Positions 9,539 to 21,300 are shown, numbered from the stretch's first letter. The stretch: DNA of 64,000 nucleotides from Candidatus Eremiobacteria bacterium (GCA_963758295.1 CAVWUU010000004.1:320001-384000); one strand, 5' to 3'. Notes: generated from the letters alone by a model not told the origin. Made by a program: numbers and translations.

Positions 9539-10914
9539 GTGTTTTCTCCCTTGAGGCAATAGAGGCGATTGTCGGCGCCGGCGCCGTGCTGACAGGAGAA
9601 GATGCGTCGCCCTATCTCACCGATTGGCGCGGCGCTTTTCGCGGCAGTGCGCTCGCCGTAGTTCGTCCGTCGTCCACGCACACCGTCGCAGATGTCGTCC
9701 GCTATTGCGCGCAAACAGGAACGCCGGTCGTGCCGCAGGGCGGAAACACCGGCCTCGCGGCGGGCGCGACGCCTGCCGGCGTTCACAATGGCATCGTTCT
9801 AAGCTTGAGCCGCATGCGAACGGTCCGATCTCTGGACGCCGCCGGGAATACCATCGCTGTCGATGCAGGGTGCGTGCTGGCGGAAATCCAGAGTGCCGCA
9901 GCGGATGCGCAGCGTTACTTTCCTCTGTCGCTTGGGGCGGAAGGCTCCGCGCAAATCGGCGGCCTCATTTCGACTAATGCGGGCGGATCGGGCGTATTAC
10001 GCTACGGCACGATGCGCGCACTGGTTCTCGGCCTCGAAGTCGTTTTGCCGGACGGACGGATTGCGGACGGAATGCGCGCACTTCGCAAAGACAACGCCGG
10101 CTACGATTGGAAGCAACTGTTCATCGGCTCCGAAGGGACGCTCGGCATAATTACGGGCGCCGTGTTACGACTCTTTCCGGGTCTTTCGCAGAAGACGACG
10201 GCGCTGCTTGGCTTAAAGGCTCCGGACGACGCCATTGCGGCGTTCGCGTATCTCCAGAACAATCTTGGCGATACGCTTACCGCATGCGAGTTATTTAGCG
10301 ACAGGAGCGTAGCGCTGCGCTTGGCGCACGAACCGATGCTCGACTTTCCCATGAAGCGTCAAGCTTGGTATCTCTTGATCGAGGCTGCTTCGTCGTTATC
10401 CGCTTTAGAAGATGCGGCAGAGCGCGCATTCGGCGATCTTCTAGAGAAAGCTTTGGCCGGCGATTGCATCGTCGCGACTACAGCGAAACAAGCCGACGCA
10501 CTTTGGGAATGGCGTGAATCCATTCCCGAAACGGAAAAACGCACCGGCCGCAGTGCGAAGCACGACGTCTCGGTACCCATTTCGCAAATCGGCGCTTTCG
10601 TTGCAGAAGCGACGGCAGCGGTTGAAGGCGCTTTCCCCGGTGCGAACGTGCTGGCGTTCGGGCACATCGGCGACGGCAACGTTCACTTCAACGTGTTGCT
10701 TCCTCCGGAGGGAGTGACGCCGGAAGCAGTAAACGCGGTGGTCCACGGCATAGTCCGGACTTACCGCGGAAGCATAACGGCCGAGCACGGCATCGGCCGG
10801 TATCGCCGGGCCGAGCTCTGCGAACATCGTAGTCCCGTTGAAATGGACCTCATGCGGCAAATCAAGCGCGCCGTCGATCCCGATAATCTCATGAATCCCG
10901 GCGCCGTCCTTTAG
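9535..10914 (+). CDS. FAD-linked 2-hydroxyacid dehydrogenase (D2HGDH/GlcD-like)
   Basis: PQGGNTGL, RKDNAGYD, GSEGTLG, HIGDGNVH, AEHGIG, MNPG. Confidence 0.92.
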   Translation: MSVFSLEAIEAIVGAGAVLTGEDASPYLTDWRGAFRGSALAVVRPSSTHTVADVVRYCAQTGTPVVPQGGNTGLAAGATPAGVHNGIVLSLSRMRTVRSLDAAGNTIAVDAGCVLAEIQSAAADAQRYFPLSLGAEGSAQIGGLISTNAGGSGVLRYGTMRALVLGLEVVLPDGRIADGMRALRKDNAGYDWKQLFIGSEGTLGIITGAVLRLFPGLSQKTTALLGLKAPDDAIAAFAYLQNNLGDTLTACELFSDRSVALRLAHEPMLDFPMKRQAWYLLIEAASSLSALEDAAERAFGDLLEKALAGDCIVATTAKQADALWEWRESIPETEKRTGRSAKHDVSVPISQIGAFVAEATAAVEGAFPGANVLAFGHIGDGNVHFNVLLPPEGVTPEAVNAVVHGIVRTYRGSITAEHGIGRYRRAELCEHRSPVEMDLMRQIKRAVDPDNLMNPGAVL

Positions 10915-10928
10915 GCGTTTGAGGGCAC

Positions 10929-11279
10929 ATGCGAGTTAAACGAATCGTCGCCAATCTTTACACCGACAGCATTCGCGAGGCCCAAGCGTTCTATGAAGAG
11001 GTGCTCGGTCTCGAGGCGCTGATGGACCTTGGCTGGATTGCTACGTACGGCTCGGATGAAGCGATGCCGGCTCAAATCAGCTTCGCTTCGGAAGGCGGCT
11101 CCGGAACGCCGGTTCCCGACCTTTCGATCGAGGTCGACGACTTGGAAGAAGCAATCGCACGTATGCGAGAAGCCGGGATTCCGCTAGAATATGGTCCTGT
11201 AGACGAACCGTGGGGCGTGCGCCGGTTCTATGTGCGCGATCCGTTCGGGAAACTAGTGAACGTGCTCGCGCATCGATAG
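10929..11279 (+). CDS. VOC/glyoxalase family protein
   Basis: SIEVDD, EPWGVRRFYVRDPFG. Confidence 0.9.
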   Translation: MRVKRIVANLYTDSIREAQAFYEEVLGLEALMDLGWIATYGSDEAMPAQISFASEGGSGTPVPDLSIEVDDLEEAIARMREAGIPLEYGPVDEPWGVRRFYVRDPFGKLVNVLAHR

Positions 11280-11300
11280 GGCAGAAGCGTATGCCGGCCA

Positions 11301-11738
11301 ATGCGACCGGAGGAAGAGATGCGCGTGCTGTCGTTCGACCAGTTCCTGAGTCAGCCGGACGGAACCGTCTTCCAAATTCTGCATCGCGGCAAACCGCCCG
11401 GCACGCTGCTCGTGCGAGGCGTCGTCGCGCGTTACGACAAGATCGCGCGTTTCGTCGCCGCCGGTTTAACGCCCGATGAAAATCCGGGCGGCGCAAGCTA
11501 CCAATTTCCGCCCGCGAGCGGAGCCTTCACGTTCGAGTACTCCGAAGCCGACGACGTACGTTTTCTCATTTTGGAGCGCGACGATATTCGAACGTTGATC
11601 CACCTATTGCGCACGCCGCTCGATGCGCTTCACGCTTACGAACACGGCCATGCCGACGTCCCGCATCCGGCCGGTTGGAAAGTCTGTCATCCCATGATGT
11701 TCGAGCATCAGGTTTCTCGCCCTAAACAACACGCTTAG
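11301..11738 (+). CDS. Hypothetical protein (may start at 11319)
   Basis: ORF fills the gap; purine-rich GAGGAAGAG before the second ATG. Confidence 0.55.
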   Translation: MRPEEEMRVLSFDQFLSQPDGTVFQILHRGKPPGTLLVRGVVARYDKIARFVAAGLTPDENPGGASYQFPPASGAFTFEYSEADDVRFLILERDDIRTLIHLLRTPLDALHAYEHGHADVPHPAGWKVCHPMMFEHQVSRPKQHA

Positions 11739-11744
11739 AAAGCG

Positions 11745-12461
11745 TTAAGCTTGCGGAGCTAAACGCAGAAGGCGGATCGTGCCGCGTTTGGCTTCGATGT
11801 CGACGCCGTGTGAGCCGCCGCCGTTGACGTTGCCGTCGATCGTTTCGGAAGAGCCGTTCGACGTGCCCTTTAGGCCGAAATCACTGAAAAGCGTTCCGTC
11901 GTCCGTGTGCAGATGCACGTGGAATTTCGCGATCTCCGGAATGTAGACTTCGATATCGCCGTTACCGTTTGAGAATTTCAGGACGCCTGGCCATTCCGAT
12001 GCACCGAAGGTCACGGCGAGGTGTCCGGCTTGGGTCGCTGCTTGCGCGTATCCCGGAACCATAACGTGAACGTCGCCCGTTCCCGCGGAAACGGTCACGT
12101 TACCCGTCACGTCGGTGACGTTCACGGCTCCTTTTTTGGAAACGACGACAAGATCAACGCGGTCCGGAACGCGCACGAGCAATTGCGAGAGCGGATTTGG
12201 AGCACTGACGATGATGCCGGTGCCGGCGCGAGTAACTACAGGCGAAGCCGGCGCCGCCTGATTCGGCAGCGCGGTCGCGGCTACGGTGAACCGCGTCGCC
12301 GGTTCCCCAACGGCCGGTTTGTACGCGTTCAAATCCCCGTTGGTGATGTGAACCGTAAGCGTGCTTGATGGTTGGAGTTCGCCGGTCGTCGTCGTGTAGG
12401 GCGTCTGCGAGGAACAAGCGGCCAATGCCGCGGCGAGGATGAACGGCGCAAGTCTTTTCAC
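11745..12461 (-). CDS. DUF4097-like beta-strand-repeat lipoprotein
   Basis: GTG start, lipobox LAAC, repeated xxxGxI/V strands. Confidence 0.75.
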   Translation of the reverse strand: MKRLAPFILAAALAACSSQTPYTTTTGELQPSSTLTVHITNGDLNAYKPAVGEPATRFTVAATALPNQAAPASPVVTRAGTGIIVSAPNPLSQLLVRVPDRVDLVVVSKKGAVNVTDVTGNVTVSAGTGDVHVMVPGYAQAATQAGHLAVTFGASEWPGVLKFSNGNGDIEVYIPEIAKFHVHLHTDDGTLFSDFGLKGTSNGSSETIDGNVNGGGSHGVDIEAKRGTIRLLRLAPQA

Positions 12462-12462
12462 G

Positions 12463-13392
12463 TTAGCGGTCTTCGGTGCGATCTCTCGGATGAGCCTCTT
12501 CGTAGCTGCGGCGCATGTGCTCCAATGAGACGTTTGTATAAATCTGCGTGGTCGAGAGGCTCTCATGCCCCAGCAGCTCCTTGATCGTCATCAAGTCGGC
12601 GCCGTTCTCGAGCAAGTGGGTTGCGAACGAATGGCGCATTACGTGTGGAGTCACGTGTTTCGTGAGACCCGAAAGCTCCGCGTACTGCCGGAAGATGACC
12701 CAGGCTTGCCGGTGTGAAAGCCGCGTCTTCCGCCGCGATAGGAACAGCGCTTCGTCCGGGGTTCGCGGTCGCACTCCCAAATAATTTCGTACCGCATCAG
12801 CGCTGGCTTGATTGATGAATACCGTGCGTTGCTTGTTGCCCTTGCCGATTACGCGCATCAAGCGACGATCGAGATCGACGTCGCTGATATTCAAGCCTAC
12901 GAGTTCCGCCCGTCGAATTCCGCTTGCATACAACAGCTCCATGATGGCGGTATCGCGCAAGCGCTGAAAGTCGGTCTTGCCCGAAATGCGCGTACGCAGC
13001 AACTTCGCAACTTCGGGCTCCGACATCACGTGAGGAAGTCGCTTTCCGGCCTTCGGCGGAGGAACGTCTTGCGCCGGATTGTCGCTACGACGTCCTTCGC
13101 GCTTCTGCAACGAGAAATACGAACGCAGCGCGGCAATCTTCCGTCGCACCGATGTAGCCGTATACTTTCGCGGCCCCATGAGCTCCATGACGAAGCGGCG
13201 CACGTCGGACGTTGTCGTTGAGGAAAGCTTGAGAAACGGCGCCGTCTTCGGATGGCCGGGCTCTAAAAATTCGCCGAAGAGTTCGATATCTCGCGCGTAT
13301 TCTTCCGACGTGCGCGGCGATTGGCCGCGCTCGAGGCGCAGATAGGCAGCGAATTCCGCGATCGTCGGATCGGCGGGGATAAACGAACTCAT
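12463..13392 (-). CDS. xerC: XerC/XerD-type tyrosine recombinase
   Basis: Intact catalytic residues: LYASGIR, GKGNKQR, HVMRH, LGH, TTQIY; xerC versus xerD not resolved. Confidence 0.85.
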   Translation of the reverse strand: MSSFIPADPTIAEFAAYLRLERGQSPRTSEEYARDIELFGEFLEPGHPKTAPFLKLSSTTTSDVRRFVMELMGPRKYTATSVRRKIAALRSYFSLQKREGRRSDNPAQDVPPPKAGKRLPHVMSEPEVAKLLRTRISGKTDFQRLRDTAIMELLYASGIRRAELVGLNISDVDLDRRLMRVIGKGNKQRTVFINQASADAVRNYLGVRPRTPDEALFLSRRKTRLSHRQAWVIFRQYAELSGLTKHVTPHVMRHSFATHLLENGADLMTIKELLGHESLSTTQIYTNVSLEHMRRSYEEAHPRDRTEDR

Positions 13393-16212
13393 TTACCCTT
13401 CAGCTACGACGGAAGCGGCGGCTGACCTACCCGTTAGAGGCGAGGAAAAATGCGTTTTAAGCTCACCGATCGAGCGCGGCTGCGAGAAGAAGAAGCCTTG
13501 CGCGTAATCGACACCCACCGAGCGCAAGAGTTCAAACTCCTCGTACGTTTCCACACCTTCGGCTACGGTAAAGAGGTCGAGCGTCTTAGCGAGCATCACG
13601 ATCGTGCGCATGATTTCGAGCGCTTGCGGATTGCGGCCAAGCGGTATGATGAACGAGCGGTCGATTTTAACTCCGCTGATCGGAAGGCGCTGCAGATAGC
13701 TCAGCGAGGAATGGCCGACGCCGAAATCGTCGACGACGATCGAGAACCCACGTGCTCGCAACCGCTCGAGGACCATTAAAGAAAGTTCCGCGTCTTCCAT
13801 GACGGCCGTCTCGGTGATTTCCACTCGCAGGGCCGCCGGCGTCAAACCGTGCTCGCGAAGGGCGAATTCCATGTCGTCGATGAGGTTGGCGCGCGTTAGG
13901 TCGGCGGCCGAAACGTTGACGCCGATGCGGGCGTTAGGAACGGCTTCGAGTAATTCGCCCGCTTCGGCGCACACGCGATCCAAGAGCGCCGCATCGATTG
14001 GGTGTAAGAGCCCCGATTGTTCTGCGACGCCGATGAAGTCGCCGGCACCTACGATGCCATATCCCGGGCGATACCAGCGTGCTAAGGCTTCAAAAGAAGC
14101 GACACTTCCGTCGTGCACGCTAACGATCGTCTGATAGTACGGCACGATCTCGCGGCGCTCGACCGCCCCGCGAAGATCCGCCTCGAGTTCCAGCTGCTCC
14201 GACATCCGGCTGCGCAACGTACGATCGAATAGCGCGTATCGCGAACGGCCGCTGCGCTTGGCTTGATACATCGAGATGTCGGCGTCGCGCAACACCGACT
14301 CGGCGTTCGCGTAGGTTTCATCGATGACGACGATACCGATAGACGCGCCCGTGTAAGCTTCACGATCGCCTAAAAAGAATGGACGGCGGAACTCGTCGAG
14401 GATGAGCTCCGCGGTCGCGGTTGCGTCCGCAATGACGTCGCCGTTAGAAGGAAGGAGAAGCACGAATTCATCGCCGCCAAGGCGTGCCGTCAGAACGTGC
14501 GCCGGCAGCGCGTCATGCATCCGGTGTGAAATGGAGCGCAGCAACGCGTCGCCGGCATTGTGGCCAAGTGTGTCGTTCACAACGTAAAACCGGTCTAGGT
14601 CCAAGAAGAGGACCGCATATTGAAGACCCGGTTCGCCGGCCCGCCGATTCAAGATATCGCGGAGTTGATCGAAGAAAAACGCGCGGTTGGGAAGGCCGGT
14701 CAGCGCATCGTGATACGCGGCAGCGCGCAGCTGCTCTTCGGCATCGATACGCGTCGCAATCTCGCTTTGGAGTTCCGTGCGCTGCAATTTCAGGCGCGCG
14801 GCATAGCGCCGTGCCCGGTACGTCGTCGTCAGGAACGCGAGCATTGCTGCGGCGACGCCCCAGATCGCTACGATGGTCGCCGCCAAGTCGACCAACAATT
14901 CACGGCGTTCTGCAAGGGAGGCCGAGGCATCGGATGAGAGCTCGAGCGCCCACGGCGTCAACGGAATCGCCGCTGAGATCGAAGTCCGCGCACTGCCCGT
15001 GAGCCGCGGCCCCGAAGCCAGGACCGTCGTGCGGCCCGACTTCACGGCAAATCGATCGCCCGCGATACGCGAGGCGCGCAGGACGTTCATGATCGCTGCG
15101 CCTCGAGAGTCAACGCTGACGACGGCAACGAGCCGCGTCCCGTCGTAAATACCTTTAACGGCGCTGATATACGTAACGCCGCGTTCAACGTAGGGCGCCG
15201 TGAATACGGTCCGGCCGTATCCCTCGGCGCCTTCACGGTACCAGCCGAGTTTCGGATAGTCGTAATTGGCTTCGGTATTATGGCGCAGCGTTAGCGGGCC
15301 GCCCATCATGAAGGCGTACGGGCCGAACAAATTGGATTTCGCGTCGAAGACGTGCGGCGCGTAGAATACGCCCGCGCCAAGGACGTAACGATGATCGGCC
15401 GCATGGACCAATCCGGAAAGCAGCCGCTCCGCGAGGGCGCGGTCTCCCCGGACCGGCCCGATTAACTCCGCCGCAATGCGCGCGAACTGCGCGTCGCTCT
15501 GAACGTATTCCGAGAGCGTTCCGAGAACGTGGTGCAAGCGCCCCTCATCGCTCGCTGCGGTCTGCGTCTGCATCGCGCTAAGGCGTCCCCGAATCGTGAA
15601 ACCGACGACCGCCGTGGCAAAGATTGCCACCAGCACGATAATCGCGGCCGCGTACCAGGGATAGCGAATTGGCGACGACACAAGGTGGCGCGCCCGTTGA
15701 TTTTGCAGCGCGATGGCCAAGTAGCGGGCAACGGCTTCGACGACCTGGACGTCGTCGCGATAAAACTGACCGGCCTGCTCGTGCTGGACTGAGAGCACGC
15801 CAAGCACTTTCGCGCCATGGACGATCGGCACGTACATGGCGGATACGGCATCGGCCTTGCTGTCCACACTGCCGTCGGCGAAGTGCAACGCGTACTCGGG
15901 CTCGCCGATCCAGTCGTCGGGCTCACTCATAACGATGGTTTGGCCGGTCCGAAACACGCGGCCGACGCGCGAGCCCTCGGGCATGGGATCGCCGCGATGT
16001 TCCAGACGGTGTCCACGCCGAGTCAGACATTCGATCCGGATGACGCCGTCATCGGCGGGCAACGCCACGTAGACGGTCCCCTGGAACGCGATGGCAATAG
16101 CGTCGCAGAGCCGCTCGATAAGAACGTCTAAGGGATAGTCTGCCGCGAGTAATGCTGCCGAATTTGAAAGCAGCTCGCGATTCCGTTCAGCCCGCGAACC
16201 AACCACTCGCAC
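13393..16212 (-). CDS. GAF-TM-Cache-TM-GGDEF-EAL diguanylate cyclase/phosphodiesterase
   Basis: GAF (SAMYVPI..GVLSVQ), Cache-like WY...FTAPY, GGDEF, EAL, DDFGVGHSSL, AEGVE. Confidence 0.93.
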   Translation of the reverse strand: MRVVGSRAERNRELLSNSAALLAADYPLDVLIERLCDAIAIAFQGTVYVALPADDGVIRIECLTRRGHRLEHRGDPMPEGSRVGRVFRTGQTIVMSEPDDWIGEPEYALHFADGSVDSKADAVSAMYVPIVHGAKVLGVLSVQHEQAGQFYRDDVQVVEAVARYLAIALQNQRARHLVSSPIRYPWYAAAIIVLVAIFATAVVGFTIRGRLSAMQTQTAASDEGRLHHVLGTLSEYVQSDAQFARIAAELIGPVRGDRALAERLLSGLVHAADHRYVLGAGVFYAPHVFDAKSNLFGPYAFMMGGPLTLRHNTEANYDYPKLGWYREGAEGYGRTVFTAPYVERGVTYISAVKGIYDGTRLVAVVSVDSRGAAIMNVLRASRIAGDRFAVKSGRTTVLASGPRLTGSARTSISAAIPLTPWALELSSDASASLAERRELLVDLAATIVAIWGVAAAMLAFLTTTYRARRYAARLKLQRTELQSEIATRIDAEEQLRAAAYHDALTGLPNRAFFFDQLRDILNRRAGEPGLQYAVLFLDLDRFYVVNDTLGHNAGDALLRSISHRMHDALPAHVLTARLGGDEFVLLLPSNGDVIADATATAELILDEFRRPFFLGDREAYTGASIGIVVIDETYANAESVLRDADISMYQAKRSGRSRYALFDRTLRSRMSEQLELEADLRGAVERREIVPYYQTIVSVHDGSVASFEALARWYRPGYGIVGAGDFIGVAEQSGLLHPIDAALLDRVCAEAGELLEAVPNARIGVNVSAADLTRANLIDDMEFALREHGLTPAALRVEITETAVMEDAELSLMVLERLRARGFSIVVDDFGVGHSSLSYLQRLPISGVKIDRSFIIPLGRNPQALEIMRTIVMLAKTLDLFTVAEGVETYEEFELLRSVGVDYAQGFFFSQPRSIGELKTHFSSPLTGRSAAASVVAEG

Positions 16213-16379
16213 GATACTTCAACGCGATTCGCGTCATCCCTCAGTAGCCGGGTAATTCGGCCGCAAACTTATCCGAACGGCTTCTCCACAGCACCTTTCA
16301 CATCACCAAATCAGTGTTTGTGGATATTAGGCCGCCTGTGGAGAAAGGTGGGTTGATCTCCACAACGGTACGATGTCGC

Positions 16380-17627
16380 GTGGCTTCGATCGGGACGATT
16401 GCGGTTTGGGCGATTGCCGCATTCGCAATCCTGGGAATTCTTCTGCGCCCATGGCGATTGCCGGAATGGGTTTGGGCCGGGGGCGCCGCGGTGCTGCTTG
16501 TCGTCACGCGACTTTTGGATTGGCACGGGGCGCTCGCGGCCATCGCGCGTGGTCTCAGCGTGTACGCGTTCCTGACCGGCATCATGATGTTGGCCGAAAT
16601 CGCGCGGCACGAACGCGTGTTCGATTGGGTTGCCGACATGATGCTTCGGGCGGCGCGTGGGTCCCGGCGGCGATTGTTGGGCCTCGTCTTCGGCACCGGT
16701 ACGCTTGTGACCGCGTTGCTTTCCAACGACACGACGGTGGTGGTGTTAACCCCGGCCGTCTTCGCTGCACTCTCGAGGACCGACGCGGATCCGTTACCGT
16801 TCCTTTATGCCTGCGCGTTCGTCGCGAACGCGGCGTCGTTCGTGCTGCCCTTTTCCAACCCCGCGAACTTAGTGATCTTCGGTCATGCCCTGCCGTCGCT
16901 CCAGGCGTGGTTCGGTGCGTTCGCCCTGCCGGCGGCCGGCGGTCTCGTCGTGACGTATCTGGCCCTGCGCCTTGCCTCCGGCCGCGCCGTCCGCGGCGTC
17001 TATACGATGGCGCCGGCGACCGTGAAAGTGGATGCCCGGGTGCGCCTGGCCGCCTTCGCGGTGGGGTTCGGCGCGGCGGGTCTAGTCGTGGCGGCGCTCT
17101 TTCATTTGAACCTTGGCGGCGCCGCCATAATAGCGGCGGTTCTCGCCCTCGTATTGACCGCCCTTACCGATCGCACCGCGCCGAGGGCCGTTGTGGCGCA
17201 CGTCGCCTGGGGCGTGATTCCGATGGTTGCCGGGCTCTTTGTCATCGTCCAGGCGCTGAGCGCGGCGGGTACGACCGGTGCGGTAAGGCACCTCTTCGCG
17301 ATGGCCTCGCATCTCGGTGCGGCGCCGGGAAATCTCTTGATCGGCGCCGTGGTAACGATCGCCGACTGCCTCTTCAATAATCTGCCCGTCGCGCTCGCGA
17401 GCGGATACGCCCTCCAATCCACCGCCGTGCCGCAACATCTAACGAATGCCACCCTCATTGCCGTCGATCTCGGTCCGAACCTTGCCGTGACCGGGTCCTT
17501 GGCTACCTTGCTTTGGCTCATCGCCTTACGGCGTGCCGGCATCGAAGTGACGGCCTGGCATTTTCTTCGCCTCGGCGCCGTCGTCGTTACCCCTGCGTTA
17601 ATAGCGGCGATGCTGTTGGTACGATGA
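16380..17627 (+). CDS. ArsB/NhaD-family (IT superfamily) permease
   Basis: LSNDTTVVVLTP, ANAASFVLPFSNPAN, NNLP, GPNL..GSLATLLW. Confidence 0.85.
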   Translation: MASIGTIAVWAIAAFAILGILLRPWRLPEWVWAGGAAVLLVVTRLLDWHGALAAIARGLSVYAFLTGIMMLAEIARHERVFDWVADMMLRAARGSRRRLLGLVFGTGTLVTALLSNDTTVVVLTPAVFAALSRTDADPLPFLYACAFVANAASFVLPFSNPANLVIFGHALPSLQAWFGAFALPAAGGLVVTYLALRLASGRAVRGVYTMAPATVKVDARVRLAAFAVGFGAAGLVVAALFHLNLGGAAIIAAVLALVLTALTDRTAPRAVVAHVAWGVIPMVAGLFVIVQALSAAGTTGAVRHLFAMASHLGAAPGNLLIGAVVTIADCLFNNLPVALASGYALQSTAVPQHLTNATLIAVDLGPNLAVTGSLATLLWLIALRRAGIEVTAWHFLRLGAVVVTPALIAAMLLVR

Positions 17628-17631
17628 ATCC

Positions 17632-18276
17632 ATGCGCATCCTCGTTCTCGGAGCGAGCGGCGGTACGGGTCGCGAGATCGTCCGCCAAGCTCTAATTCGC
17701 GGCGATTTGGAAGTCACGGCGTTCGTTCGCGATCCCTCGAGCCTTGAGCCGGCGTCCAGACTGCGAGTCATCCAGGGCGATGCCCTTTCCGAAGAGGCGG
17801 TCCGCGACGCGGTCGCCGGGCAAGAGGCCGTGCTCTCCGCCTTGGGCGGCCGGAATACCGCAAACGCCGACCTTCTTCAAACGGCGATTTCGAACGTAAT
17901 CACGGCGATGCGCGCGCACGCAATCAACCGGCTCATCGTCCTCGGAGCGGCCGGTGCGGCAGACATGAACGAAGCGCTGCAACACCAGAACGTCGGAACG
18001 AAAGTCGTGTTCCGCACCGTCGCTGCTACGGTACTCTCAGGGCCGATGCACGATCACGCCGCGCAAGAACGGCTCATTCGAGACAGCGATCTCGACTTCA
18101 CGATCGTGCACGCCGCGCGCTTGAACGACGATTCGGCCACGGGCAATTATCGTGTCGAAGAGGACGGGCTGCCGGCCGGCGCAACCGTAATCTCGCGTTC
18201 CAGCGTCGCGGAGTTCATGCTCGACCAGCTGGATACGCGAAAATACGTGCGCAAAGCGCCCTACATAGGCGCTTAG
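17632..18276 (+). CDS. NAD(P)H-binding oxidoreductase (BVR-B/flavin reductase-like)
   Basis: GASGGTG Rossmann motif, DLDFTIV, ISRSSVA. Confidence 0.88.
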   Translation: MRILVLGASGGTGREIVRQALIRGDLEVTAFVRDPSSLEPASRLRVIQGDALSEEAVRDAVAGQEAVLSALGGRNTANADLLQTAISNVITAMRAHAINRLIVLGAAGAADMNEALQHQNVGTKVVFRTVAATVLSGPMHDHAAQERLIRDSDLDFTIVHAARLNDDSATGNYRVEEDGLPAGATVISRSSVAEFMLDQLDTRKYVRKAPYIGA

Positions 18277-18359
18277 ACGCCGCTTGGCCCGGCAGGTAGG
18301 CCCTGCGCCACGTGAAGCGAAGTTCGAAGAGAACGAATTGCTTCTCGAAGGGGTCATCA

Positions 18360-21300
18360 ATGCAGCTCTTTCGCACGTTCGCCGCGTTTTTGTTAATCGC
18401 GGCGCTTCTACGGGTTGGAGCACTCGCCGGTACGACGGGCAATATCCTCGGAAGAATATCCGATTCGCAGAGCGGCGCTCCGCTCGCCGGCGTCAGCGTC
18501 ACCGTCACTTCGGCTTCGCAGTCGTCTACCACGAAGACCGACGCGAACGGCACGTATCGATTTCTTTCGCTCATTCCCGATACGTACGTTGTCGCGCTTT
18601 CGCTCGACGGCTACGAGCCGGCCACACAAGCCGGCGTATCAGTTTTCGCCGATCAAACGCAGACCATGAATCTGACGATGATCAAGGCACTTAAAACCAT
18701 CGCCAAAGTCACGTCGCGCACGGCCGGGAATCTCGTGAAGTCCGGCACGACGAGCGACGTTTATTCGGTGAACTCGGCGATGCAGGCCGCGGCCTCAGGC
18801 CTCAATGGAGCAGGTTCGCTTTCTAATGCGTATGGGGCGATCGCCTCGGTTCCGGGCGTCCAGATAGATAGCGGGGAACAGGGCTGGTTCCAAATGGTTC
18901 ACATTCGCGGCGGCGACATCGATCAAGTCGGCTACGAATTGGACGGCATTCCGGTCAACCGGGTGTATGATAACGCGCCGATGACGATGCTCTCGAGTCT
19001 CGGCCAACAAGAATTACAGGTTTATACCGGCGGAACTCCGGCGAGCGCCGATGCGCAAGGCATCTCGGGCTATGTCAATCAAGTCGTTAAGACCGGAACC
19101 TATCCCGGCTTCGGAACGGGAACGCTTTCGATCGGAAGCCCCACTTTCTATCATGGCGCATCGGTCGAAGCCGGCGGCTCGACGCCCGACCGGCGCTTTT
19201 CGTACTACGTTGGAATCGGCGGTTCCAATCAAAACTACCGCTATATCGACAACAGCGATGGATCGGGTCTGCCGAACTCGTTCTTCTATCCGGTGAATCT
19301 GGTGGATCCGAATTCGTTCGCTCCCGGACCGGCCGGCGTCTACGTCGGCAGTGAGCCGCCGGGCGCGCCGCTCTTCAGCTCCGGATTGCTCTACGGCATC
19401 GCCAATACGAGACAGCGCGACGCGATCATGAATTTCCATTTCGCGATCCCGCACAAGAACAGCGGCTTACGCGACGATATTCAAGCCCTCTACGTCAACA
19501 GCGAAGTATTCAACGACTACTTCAGCTCCCAAAACGACGTGGATCCCGTCACGGCAAATTACTTGGGGCAGAACACCTACGACGACAGCTACATTTATAA
19601 AGGGCCTCTTATGCAAACCCCCGTGGCCGGCGACGTCGTGCCCTACTTCTACCCGAATAGTCCGACGCACGCGTTCGGAGCTCCGCTGCCGCCGGCGCTG
19701 CGAGATTCCAACGATAACGGTGTGGCGGTAACGAAACTGCAGTACCAGCACTCGTTCAGCAACACGGCGTTCTTGCGTGTGTACGGGTACACGTTGTACT
19801 CCAATTGGTTCATCCAAGGACCGAACACCGCGGCGCAGCCGTACTACGGCGCAGAACTCGCGGAGTATCAGATTCCGGATCACACGTACGGCACCAACAT
19901 CAGCTTCACCGATCAGCTGACCGACAAACATTTACTCACGGCAAGCTACGGCTATACGGGTTCGAATCTCCAGCGGTACACGATCGGCTTCATCCGCCCC
20001 CATTACAACATCGCTAGCTATCTCGGCAACGACGGCAATTGCTACGATCCCGCCTCCGGCAATCAAATCGGCTGCGTCGCCCAAGAACAAAGCGATACCG
20101 GCGACATCCAAGCCGTGCTCGGCGGCACGTTACCGACCGCTCCTGCCGGCTCGCCGGCCGCATTGCACGGCGCTCAGTGGCTCACGACCAACAACTACTT
20201 CTACTCAGGCAGCGGCGCGGCGATCAATCAAGTTCACACGCGCTTCAGCGGCTTCTCGCTAAGCGATCAGTGGCGCCCGTCGGACGCGCTGAACATCAAT
20301 CTCGGCTTGCGCATGGAAGACTTCCGGTACATCTATGGCGATACCGGAAGCAACGATCCAACGCGGCAATTCTGGTTCACGAAGTACAACGAGGAGTACT
20401 GCACCGCCGGCATCGGAACCGCCCCGACACCGCGTGTCGACGCGCTCGGCAATCCGACCGGCGTGGGCTCGTGTCCGGCCGGAACGACGCCGCTTTTGGG
20501 CTCGGCAAATGCCCTCGCCAATCCGGGCGCACCGGATTACGTGGCGGCGCGCTTCCAACCGCGTTTCAGCTTCACGTACACGCTTAATCCCGATACGGTC
20601 GTTCGCGGCTCGGCCGGCGTGTACGCGCGTCCGCCGAATTCGTCCTGGGTTCAGTACAACGTCGTGCAGCAAGACTTGCCGGTGTATCTCGGCAACCACT
20701 TTGCGGCCTTCGGTTTCACGACGCCGGAGCACTCGATTCGTCCAGATACGTCGTACAACTACGATCTGTCCCTCGAGAAGCACTTTAAAGGGACGGACAT
20801 AGCGTTCAAGCTCACGCCGTTCTATCGTGCGACGCGCGACCAACTTCAGAACTTCTTCATCGATCCGCAAGGCGGCCTGGAGTCCGGTCTCAACGTGGGG
20901 AATCAAATCTCGCAAGGCGTCGAGTTTGCTCTTACTAAAGGCGACTTCGCGCGCAACGGCTTTGCGGCTCAGCTCTCATACACGTACACGCACAGCGTCA
21001 TCAAGTATCAGAACTTCCCCGGCCAGACCGTGAACGTGATCGATCAGCTGAACAACTACATTCAAAAATATAACTCATTTACGTCGGCTTGCGCGGCGAA
21101 CGAAAACACCCCGCAGTGCGGAAACGGGCTCTACGCCACAAACGGCGCAGCGACGTACTCGATCGGCGGCACGACGTACACAAATCCGTATTTCAACGCG
21201 CAGGCACAGCCGCTCATGGACCGCAACGCGTTCTATCCGACGTACGACGTCATCCCGGGGCCGTATGCGGGCTTGAACGGCTATGCGGTGCCTCACGTGA

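Noticed and set aside
12463..13392. Tyrosine recombinase as a prophage or island integrase
   Set aside because: Size and motifs fit housekeeping XerC/D; no att sites or mobile cargo next to it
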